Shown here: positions 14,237-21,405 of the stretch, in pieces
Position numbering within the stretch: position 1 is the stretch's first letter
Layout of the letters: the number at the start of each line of letters is the position of its first letter
Source of the DNA: Candidatus Poseidoniaceae archaeon
GTDB taxonomy: Archaea; Thermoplasmatota; Poseidoniia; Poseidoniales; Poseidoniaceae
NCBI GenBank assembly: GCA_943789275.1
Contig: CALSTM010000003.1
Coordinates: 330,001 to 362,000 of the forward strand
Length of the DNA stretch: 32,000 bases
Direction of reading: 5' to 3'
Made by a program: the position numbers and the translations under genes
Notes under the pieces: model-generated
Database searches by the model: none
Seen by the model: only the letters and a program-made list of their open reading frames with translations
What the model was told of the DNA's origin: nothing

Positions 14237-15690
14237 TGGATTTCCTCACTCCAGAGTATTACCTCTTTTTCTTGCCAGCGGTGTTCCTTCTCACCTTTGG
14301 TCTTGCGTCCAGGCGTCGTCGTCGACAGATTCTCATTCTTCTGGTGATGAGCTATGTATTCTTTTGGTTGGCTTCGGGTTGGCACCTCATTCTCTTGCTC
14401 ATCTCAACATGCATCGACTGGACAGCAGGACGGAAAATGTACGAGTCTGAGAACGCTGCTCACAAAAAGCGCTGGCTTCGCATCAGTTTGGTGACCAACC
14501 TCTCTTTGCTTGGAGTGTTCAAGTATCTCGACTTCCTCATCGAAAGTTGGAATCTTGTTTCGTTGCGTTTCACGGACGGCTTGGATGTGGGAGCATTAGG
14601 GCTCGCCTTGCCGGTGGGGATTTCATTCTACACCTTCCAAACGATGTCCTACACCATTGACATCTATCGAAAGAAGCAATCTCCTTACGATTCATTTCTT
14701 GACTTCGCCTGTTATGCCGCCTTTTTCCCTCAACTCGTGGCAGGGCCAATCGTTCGAGCCGACCATTTCAGAGAGCAAATCAAGGAACCGTTGGCCCCTT
14801 CAGCTTATCGTTTCCGATTGGGTTTGACGCTTATCATCTACGGTATTGCCAAGAAATTAGTCATTGCAGACAACGTCGCAGCGCATGCCAACGAGGTCTT
14901 TGTTGAGGGTGAACACCTCGCCAACATCGGTTTGATTTGGTGGGCAACCTTGTGTTTCGGCATTCAGATTTACTGCGACTTTTCTGCCTATACGGACATT
15001 GCCATTGGCTCAGCCCATCTGATTGGCGTCGAACTACCCGAGAATTTCAAAACACCCTATGCTGCAACTTCTCCTCAAGATTTCTGGCGTCGTTGGCACA
15101 TTTCTCTGTCCACCTGGCTGAGGGATTACCTCTACATTCCTTTAGGTGGTTCGAAAAACGGTCGAAATCGAATGCTGTTTGCCCTGATGATGACCATGTT
15201 GTTGGGCGGGTTGTGGCATGGGGCCTCCTGGAATTTCGTTCTGTGGGGTTTTGTTCATGGATTGCTTCTCATCGTTCACCGGTTTGGCAAAGAAGTACCT
15301 TTCATCAAACGCTTCTTTGGCGCAGTAGGGCGAGTTGGTGTTCTCTTGTCTTGGGTTCTCACGCAATTCTTCGTGTTCTTCACATGGCTTATTTTCCGTG
15401 TTCAAGATACGGCCGTGCTCGTCCCCACGATGAAGACCTTCATGGGTTGGGGCGGCCACTTTGATTGGATTGAGATGTCCGAATTCCTCCCAGAAATCAA
15501 GTTCTTGACCTTTGCCATCGTTGGTGGGTTCGTGCTCCTGCATGGAATCAGTGGAAAGATCGGAGGAGGTAAGGCGTGGCTCGCTCGCCAACACCCTCTG
15601 ATTTGGGGCACGGTGTGTGGGCTCATGCTGTGTTTGGCGTTCTATCTTCGTCCGGCAGAAACCATTGACTTCATTTATTTTAGATTCTGA
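14236..15690 (+). CDS. Membrane-bound O-acyltransferase (MBOAT; AlgI/DltB/PatA-like)
   Basis: Polytopic ORF with MBOAT hallmarks: GISFYTFQTMSYTIDIYR, FPQLVAGPIVRA, YCDFSAYTDIAIG, FWRRWHISLSTWLRDYLYIPLGG, GGLWHGASWNFVLWG. I prefer ATG 14236 (MDFLTPEYYLFFLP, GGAG 8 nt upstream) to the tracked GTG 14227. Confidence 0.9.
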   Translation: MDFLTPEYYLFFLPAVFLLTFGLASRRRRRQILILLVMSYVFFWLASGWHLILLLISTCIDWTAGRKMYESENAAHKKRWLRISLVTNLSLLGVFKYLDFLIESWNLVSLRFTDGLDVGALGLALPVGISFYTFQTMSYTIDIYRKKQSPYDSFLDFACYAAFFPQLVAGPIVRADHFREQIKEPLAPSAYRFRLGLTLIIYGIAKKLVIADNVAAHANEVFVEGEHLANIGLIWWATLCFGIQIYCDFSAYTDIAIGSAHLIGVELPENFKTPYAATSPQDFWRRWHISLSTWLRDYLYIPLGGSKNGRNRMLFALMMTMLLGGLWHGASWNFVLWGFVHGLLLIVHRFGKEVPFIKRFFGAVGRVGVLLSWVLTQFFVFFTWLIFRVQDTAVLVPTMKTFMGWGGHFDWIEMSEFLPEIKFLTFAIVGGFVLLHGISGKIGGGKAWLARQHPLIWGTVCGLMLCLAFYLRPAETIDFIYFRF

Positions 15691-15763
15691 TTTTCATTGA
15701 TTGCCAAGCATTATACAGGGCAAACTGCGGGATAGAAATGCGGCTTAAGCCATTGGTGTAGCA

Positions 15764-17008
15764 ATGAAGTATCAACTCAAGTGCCTAAAGACTCAACATC
15801 TCATCAACGACAACTATACCCTTCACTATACCGAAAACGCCCTTTTGCGTGCGGTTTACGACCAACCTTTCCAACTTCAAGAAGCGGAAGGCGTCTGGAA
15901 ATATCTCGATTGGATACCCACATCGACCTCCAACGAGTATGTAGCAGGAACAACGACCTACAAAGCAGAAGCGCTCGGTGAAGCGCTCGGCATGAGCGAC
16001 CTATGGGTCACCTTTCACGGCTATTGGCCAGAAAAAGGCGCCATGTGTCCAACTGGCAGTTTCAAAGATATGGAGGCAGTTCCGACCATTCAGCGATTGC
16101 ACGACCACGGATGCACCGGCCTCATTTGTGCCAGTGCTGGGAACACTGCGCGTGGGTTTACACACTTTTGTGGACTCGCTGACATGCCGTTGATTGTCGT
16201 CGTTGGTAAAGACCACGGCCATCGAATTTGGACCAAAGCAGGTCACCCTACAGATTCTGTGAAAGTCGTCGTTGTTGAAGACGGCGATTACTACGATGCG
16301 AAAACGGTAGCGAAAGGCATCGCCAAGGAACTCACAGGTTGGCAAATGGAAGGCAGTGTCCATAACGTGGCTCGCCGAGACGGCATCGGTTCTCTTATTC
16401 TCGATGCAGCGTTTACCATTGGCTCGATGCCTGAACATTACTTCCAAGGCATCGGTGGAGGGCCTGGTCCAATAGGGGTGCATGAAATGGCTGAACGCCT
16501 CATTCATTCCGGCCAATTTGAAGGGCCGGCTCCTCGCCAACACCTCTCACAAAACGTCGAGCATTCTCCAATTCACAACGCTTGGCAAGCCAAGCGAGAC
16601 CATTTGCTTGCTGAAGATTTCCCCCCTCATGATGTTGAAGTTTATTCTGATTATCTGATGAACAAAGGACCCGCTTACGCTCAAGTCGGCGGCGTTCATG
16701 ATATCCTCAAGGATTCCAACGGGCAGACCTATGTTGTTGGGCGCGACGATGCAGTTGCCGCAAAAACCCTCTTTGAATCGATTGAAGGCATTGACATCAT
16801 GACGCCGGGAGCAGTAGCCCTTGCGAGTTTACAGCAAGCATTAGCATCTGGAGAAATCCAGCACGACGCTGTGACCGTCCTCAACATCAGCGGCGGTGGA
16901 GTCGAACGAATGAAGCGGGAACATGAAACATCGATTGTTGAACCGTGGCTTCGCGTAAGCAAAGAAAACGGTGCTGCAATGATTCTTGAAGCACTTGAGC
17001 AAGATTGA
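15764..17008 (+). CDS. Threonine-synthase-like fold-type II PLP enzyme (possibly cysteate-synthase-like)
   Basis: 414 aa. It has a PLP-lysine block PTGSFKDMEA (not the canonical SFKDRG of ThrC), ASAGNTARGF and GIGGGPGPIG. From memory, the N-terminus MKYQLKCL...ALLRAVY resembles the cysteate synthase family. The subfamily call is tentative. Confidence 0.6.
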   Translation: MKYQLKCLKTQHLINDNYTLHYTENALLRAVYDQPFQLQEAEGVWKYLDWIPTSTSNEYVAGTTTYKAEALGEALGMSDLWVTFHGYWPEKGAMCPTGSFKDMEAVPTIQRLHDHGCTGLICASAGNTARGFTHFCGLADMPLIVVVGKDHGHRIWTKAGHPTDSVKVVVVEDGDYYDAKTVAKGIAKELTGWQMEGSVHNVARRDGIGSLILDAAFTIGSMPEHYFQGIGGGPGPIGVHEMAERLIHSGQFEGPAPRQHLSQNVEHSPIHNAWQAKRDHLLAEDFPPHDVEVYSDYLMNKGPAYAQVGGVHDILKDSNGQTYVVGRDDAVAAKTLFESIEGIDIMTPGAVALASLQQALASGEIQHDAVTVLNISGGGVERMKREHETSIVEPWLRVSKENGAAMILEALEQD

Positions 17009-17025
17009 AATTATTTGAATTTCAA
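17005..17025. repeat. 8-bp inverted repeat (ttgaaatt / aatttcaa, 5-nt loop) spanning both stop codons of a convergent gene pair; possible weak bidirectional terminator hairpin
   Basis: Read directly: 17005-17012 ttgaaatt, loop atttg, 17018-17025 aatttcaa. It contains the TGA at 17006-17008 (+ gene) and the complement of the TGA at 17022-17024 (- gene). The stem is AT-rich, so function is uncertain. Confidence 0.4.
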
Positions 17026-17351
17026 GCACTACGGCCTTCGTCAAACATTTCTTGCAAACTTCCGTCTTGTAGCATTTCCAATACGATATCGGAGCCGCCA
17101 ATCAGTTCGCCTTGAACGTAGATTTGAGGCATTGTTGGGAAGTCAGACCAAGCACATACCGAAGGGATAGCTCGTTGGTCGGTGAGAATATTGACTGCAG
17201 CAAACGGTTCTCCAAATTGCTGTAAAGCCTGTGCAGCACGGTTCGAGAATCCACACTGCGGCTCGTTCGGTGTTCCTTTCATGAACAACACGAGAGCGTG
17301 TTCATCAACAATGGCTTGCAATTCTTCAGGTGTCCAATTCATTTTCATCAT
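17022..17351 (-). CDS. grxD: Monothiol glutaredoxin (Grx4/GrxD family, CGFS type)
   Basis: 109 aa with VLFMKGTPNEPQCGFS (CGFS active site), TMPQIYVQGELIGGSD. The start overlaps the bolA stop (ATGA at 17348-17351). Confidence 0.92.
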   Translation of the reverse strand: MMKMNWTPEELQAIVDEHALVLFMKGTPNEPQCGFSNRAAQALQQFGEPFAAVNILTDQRAIPSVCAWSDFPTMPQIYVQGELIGGSDIVLEMLQDGSLQEMFDEGRSA

Positions 17352-17665
17352 TCCTTGTTTTTCTCGATTCGTCGTATGTGGACGCCTTGTCCACCGCCGT
17401 GAGGGTCAAACGCAGTATCGCCAGCGGTTTCTGCTTGTGCTGGAGTCATGCATTTGAGGTCGAGTGCGTGTATGGGGTGAGGGATGTGCTGTTTCATGAC
17501 AGCAAGGACGAGTTTTTGGCGTTGCAATGGCCGCATGCCGTCGAAAGATTCGGAGATGACTCGTACGTGAAAATGGTCTCCGGAGCGGTGCAAATCAATT
17601 GCTTCAACGTGTGCATCGGGGACTGCTTTCAGTACTTCAGCCTCAATCCATTCAGTCGCTACCAT
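17348..17665 (-). CDS. bolA: BolA family protein
   Basis: SGDHFHVRVISESFDGMRPLQRQKLV...IHALDLKCMTPAQ matches the BolA core (HF.v.vvS..F.G...v.RHr.V, IHAL...T.TP.E). I prefer ATG 17665 (TGAGG 7 nt upstream) to the tracked GTG 17671. It has a ~30-aa C-terminal extension. Confidence 0.85.
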   Translation of the reverse strand: MVATEWIEAEVLKAVPDAHVEAIDLHRSGDHFHVRVISESFDGMRPLQRQKLVLAVMKQHIPHPIHALDLKCMTPAQAETAGDTAFDPHGGGQGVHIRRIEKNKE

Positions 17666-17755
17666 CTCCACGCCTCAAACCTCGGTGGATGAAGTGGGCT
17701 TTGAACCTCGCGTTTGAATCCGATGCTTCAAGGAGCGTAACCATCAGCAGCGTTT

Positions 17756-19258
17756 ATGGAGGGCAAAACGGTGAAGAAAGCCCGTCTTCCTCACATGGGG
17801 AGGGATTCTGCTTGGCTTGCTGGTGCAGATATCATTGCGGTATTCCTCGCTCTTCTTGGCCAGGTCGTCCTGACCAGGGCGTTGTGGACGGAGTCGTACG
17901 GACTGTTCGTCTTGGCACTGGATGTTTTCGCGACGCTCTTTTTGGTTATTGATCTTGGATTGCCTACCTTACTTGCACGGGACGGTCCTCGAGCACCGCA
18001 TCGCATTTGGCCGTCAATTCTACGCATATACAACTTACAGATAAAGGCAGCAATACCGTTTCTGATTGGAGCATTGCTCTTTGTACCCTTCATTGATTCT
18101 GAGTTCTCAAGCCATGCTCCGATTATGCTTGTTTGCGCAATGATTGCCTTGGTTCATATCGCTACATATGCTCCTCGGTCCGGACTGAGGGCGGCCGGAG
18201 AGGCTCGGCTCGAAGCATGGACGAAAATTCTCGAACGAGGTCTAACGACAGCCGCTTACCTCTCGTTGTATGCACTGGGAGTCACTTCGGTTGTTGCTTA
18301 CGCTGCTGCCTTCCTTTTCGGTGCCTTGTTCGGTCTTTTCTTCGCCGTGTGGTGGGTGAGGAAAACAATGCAAATCTATCGTGGGCAGGCAGGAGACCAA
18401 GGCGAAATGGGTGAAGCATGGTTGAACAACAGGAATTTACTCCTTCAAGCCCTGCCGTTTGCAATCACTCTTGGCGTGCTTCCATACGTCGTTCGCATTG
18501 AGAAGTTCATCGTAGGTCTCGAGTTGGGAGTCGATTCAGCAGCATTGTTCCATGTCGCTCAGTTGGCATGGTTGGCTGGTTTGGTCATCCCACAAGCACT
18601 GCGGGCCGCTTTGCTTCCGGTTCTTGGTAAAGTTCGCCACCATCCCGAGGAATTTTCACGAGAAATGAAGGCATCTCTCGACATATGCTTTGGACTCTTG
18701 CCGATTGGAATCTTTGCTGGTGCAGGGATTGTCAAATTGTTTCTGCCTCTCGCTTTCCCTTCGCAATACCTTGATGGCTCTCTTGGTGCTTCGGCAGTCG
18801 ATTTGTTCGTCGTGCTGTTGCTTGGTTGGTGCTTCACACTTCTGGCGACTCCAACATACACGGCATTGCAAGCGGGATTGCATCCTTGGCGTTTCACGTT
18901 CTTCATCGTCGTCGTTGTCGGCTTTTCTGCGGCCATCGGTTTCGCCTTAATCGGTTGGCAATCGGATGCAGGACTCACTGAAGGCTTGTTTGCCGCAGCC
19001 TACGCATCGACGCTTTCCGCATTATTTGCACTCCTCGTCTCGATTCATTTGTCCGGTTCCTGGCATCTTTTGTTGGAGCGAGGCACCGAATGGCTTGTCG
19101 CCGTATCGTGTGCGACACTCGCATGTTACGGACTTCTCAACGGTACACTCCTCGCTGTTGCTGGAGTTGTACTGTTTGCCTTCACGCCACAAGCTCTGCG
19201 AGCAGTTGGTTCCACTGTTCAAGGAAATACGATTCAGAAAACGATTGAGGCAGAGTGA
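17756..19258 (+). CDS. MOP-superfamily (Wzx/RfbX/AglR-like) oligosaccharide or polysaccharide flippase
   Basis: 500-aa protein that is hydrophobic throughout (about 12-14 predicted helices by eye). The N-terminal pattern AWLAGADIIAVFLALLGQVVLTRAL...YGLFVLALD is typical of polysaccharide biosynthesis (Polysacc_synt) proteins. Confidence 0.65.
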   Translation: MEGKTVKKARLPHMGRDSAWLAGADIIAVFLALLGQVVLTRALWTESYGLFVLALDVFATLFLVIDLGLPTLLARDGPRAPHRIWPSILRIYNLQIKAAIPFLIGALLFVPFIDSEFSSHAPIMLVCAMIALVHIATYAPRSGLRAAGEARLEAWTKILERGLTTAAYLSLYALGVTSVVAYAAAFLFGALFGLFFAVWWVRKTMQIYRGQAGDQGEMGEAWLNNRNLLLQALPFAITLGVLPYVVRIEKFIVGLELGVDSAALFHVAQLAWLAGLVIPQALRAALLPVLGKVRHHPEEFSREMKASLDICFGLLPIGIFAGAGIVKLFLPLAFPSQYLDGSLGASAVDLFVVLLLGWCFTLLATPTYTALQAGLHPWRFTFFIVVVVGFSAAIGFALIGWQSDAGLTEGLFAAAYASTLSALFALLVSIHLSGSWHLLLERGTEWLVAVSCATLACYGLLNGTLLAVAGVVLFAFTPQALRAVGSTVQGNTIQKTIEAE

Positions 19259-20270
19259 ACGGCTTGTCCCACCGTTCTTTCAAAGCTGCTTCACACGCAT
19301 CAGCCAGCGCAATGGCGTCGTATTGGCTAACGACATGCTCCTCGGGAAGATAGGACCCTACATCACCGACATCAACAGAAACTACGGGCGTTCCACAGGC
19401 GATTGATTCTCTTGCCACCAACGGACCGGATTCGCGTTTTGATGTGATGAGGGTGAGGTCAGCGACCAACATCCGGTCCCAAACGATGGGCCGCGGTTGA
19501 ATCTTCAGTGTCGTCATTCCAACAATCCATCCTCGTTGTTCAAGGATTTCACCGGTTTGCAAGGCAAGCAAGTGGTTTTTTTCTGGCCTGCGTGGGTCGG
19601 CTGGAAACAGGATGTCGATTCGGTCTTTCCTCCACCGCCCGTTCCACGGTTTGAGGGGTTTGAGCCATTCGTCTTCAACAGCACAATGGCAAGGAATCAT
19701 CCGCACTTGTTCTGAATCGATGCCTGCTTCTACAGCAATGCTGTGAAGACGTTCCGAAACGACGACCAATCGGTCTGCCGAAGAAGCGAGGTTGTGCGTC
19801 ATTTTCGAGATGTTCTCATGCGTCAGTCCTACATCGAAATCATAGCCGTGGACGACTGCAGCCCATGGCACCTTGAATCGCAAAGAAAGCGCACTGGCCA
19901 AGGCTGCAGCAGGCCATATTGTATGGCAGACAATGACCTCTGGCCTCCACCCATCAAGCCACGAATCGACGCTTTTGACGTGCTTGCGCACACTCCGTGC
20001 GGTAATCGAAGGCCAAGGATGATTTGGCAGCGCCGTGTATCGAGGTGCAAAGACACTCACTCCGCCGTGTTCGAACTCACGGGGTGCTTTTGCCGCACCG
20101 GTGAGCGTAGAACGACGAGCTTCTTGGTAGCGAAGCATCCTCGGGAGTGGATTGACAACGCGCACGTCGTGGCCGTCGTTGACGAAACTTTGGACTTGGT
20201 CAGCAACAAAAGTACCGCGTGCTGAGTTTGTTGGTAATGGATAGAGCAGCGATACCACGAGAATTCGCAT
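19182..20270 (-). CDS. Glycosyltransferase family 4 (GT-B)
   Basis: 362 aa. MRILVVSLLYPLPTNSARGTFV is a typical GT4 N-terminus, and the C-terminal half has an EX7E-like RESGPLVARESIACGTPVVSVDVGDV. GAGG lies 7 nt upstream of ATG 20270, in the 13-nt spacer after rpe. Confidence 0.85.
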   Translation of the reverse strand: MRILVVSLLYPLPTNSARGTFVADQVQSFVNDGHDVRVVNPLPRMLRYQEARRSTLTGAAKAPREFEHGGVSVFAPRYTALPNHPWPSITARSVRKHVKSVDSWLDGWRPEVIVCHTIWPAAALASALSLRFKVPWAAVVHGYDFDVGLTHENISKMTHNLASSADRLVVVSERLHSIAVEAGIDSEQVRMIPCHCAVEDEWLKPLKPWNGRWRKDRIDILFPADPRRPEKNHLLALQTGEILEQRGWIVGMTTLKIQPRPIVWDRMLVADLTLITSKRESGPLVARESIACGTPVVSVDVGDVGSYLPEEHVVSQYDAIALADACEAALKERWDKPFTLPQSFSESYFLEQWNQLLAELVA

Positions 20271-20283
20271 TCAAACGCCTCGC

Positions 20284-20958
20284 TTACGCTTCAAGTGCTG
20301 CTTTGATGATCTCAAGATTCTCTTGAACGCTCGCCTTATCGTTGAAAAGACCGGAACCGACAACGCAGTTGCTCACGCCCCAGTCTCGCAACATGGCGAT
20401 GTTATGTGATTTGACACCACCATCAATTTGAATCTGAACAGGACGGCCACCTGCAGCGACTTGTTGGTCAATGGCCGCCTTCAACCGTCGGATTTTTTGC
20501 TCGACGGTTGGTATGAACGATTGACCTCCAAAGCCAGGGTTTACACTCATGACCAGAACCAAGTCCAGTTCAGAAAGAACTTCCAAAGCAGCATCAACAG
20601 GCGTGCCGGGATTCAAAACAACACCAACGCCTGCACCTGCGGCACGTATAGCGGTTACCAGTCGGTGCAAGTGTGTAGCCGCTTCAACGTGAACCGAAAG
20701 GTGATTACAACCGGCATCGATGTAGTCTTGGAAGCAGGTTTCAGCGTTGGAAACCATGAGGTGCGCATCGAACACAGGTTCTGGGCCGAGGGCCTTTCGC
20801 AACGAACGAATCACTGGTGGGCCAAAGGTAAGGTTCGGGACAAAATTGCCGTCCATAACATCAAGGTGGAGCCAGTCAAGCCCACTGTCAACGGCTTTTT
20901 GGCACGATTGAGCAAGGTCTGCAAGGTCTGCAGTTAGGACGCTAGGTGCGATGATCAT
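20284..20958 (-). CDS. rpe: Ribulose-phosphate 3-epimerase
   Basis: IAPSVLTADLADL, HLDVMDGNFVPNLTFGP, DAHLMV, SVHVEA, VLNPGTP, VMSVNPGFGGQSFI, IQIDGGV. ATG 20958 (MIIAPS, GGGGAGAG upstream) is preferred. The tracked ATG 20970 is 4 codons upstream. Confidence 0.95.
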   Translation of the reverse strand: MIIAPSVLTADLADLAQSCQKAVDSGLDWLHLDVMDGNFVPNLTFGPPVIRSLRKALGPEPVFDAHLMVSNAETCFQDYIDAGCNHLSVHVEAATHLHRLVTAIRAAGAGVGVVLNPGTPVDAALEVLSELDLVLVMSVNPGFGGQSFIPTVEQKIRRLKAAIDQQVAAGGRPVQIQIDGGVKSHNIAMLRDWGVSNCVVGSGLFNDKASVQENLEIIKAALEA

Positions 20959-21075
20959 GTCTCTCCCCATACCTTGCCAAGAGGCGCATTACCATGAGCA
21001 TTTCGTTCACTTTTTGTAAATCATTTCAGTGCGAAGGCTCTTAATGCTCCTTACGGAGGAGTCGTTGGTGCGACC

Positions 21076-21405
21076 ATGGGTGAAGTACGAGCAGTTACCG
21101 ACGCAGAATTTGAAACAACAGTGAATGGAAACGGCTGGGTATTGGTCGATTTCTGGGCACCTTGGTGTGGGCCTTGTAAGGCAATTGCCCCAGTTCTTGA
21201 ACAAGTTGCTGGAGAGCGTGAACTTCTCGTCGCTAAGGTCGACACAGATTCGAATCCAATGAATGCAGGTCGCCTCGGCGTCCGCGGCATTCCAGCCCTT
21301 TTCCTCTTCCGAGATGGAAACCTCGTCAGCCAAAAGAGTGGAGCAATGCCAAAGCCACAGCTCCTCAGTTGGATTGATGAGTACATGACTGCAGACGATT
21401 TCTGA
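21076..21405 (+). CDS. trxA: Thioredoxin
   Basis: 109 aa with VLVDFWAPWCGPCK (WCGPC active site), VAKVDTDSNP and GVRGIPALFLFRDG. Confidence 0.95.
   Translation: MGEVRAVTDAEFETTVNGNGWVLVDFWAPWCGPCKAIAPVLEQVAGERELLVAKVDTDSNPMNAGRLGVRGIPALFLFRDGNLVSQKSGAMPKPQLLSWIDEYMTADDF

Noticed and set aside
16001-16543. 180-aa ORF antisense to the ThrC-like gene, and a 217-aa ORF (28221..28874) antisense to the wHTH membrane protein
   Set aside because: There are no motifs, and each is fully nested antisense in a gene with clear domain signatures. These are typical shadow ORFs at ~50% GC.
17672-17755. Possible tRNA or small RNA in the 84-nt bolA/flippase divergent spacer (contains gtttgaatc, vaguely T-loop-like)
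   Set aside because: No acceptor or T-stem pairing can be drawn and the length is marginal. It is most likely just a promoter region.
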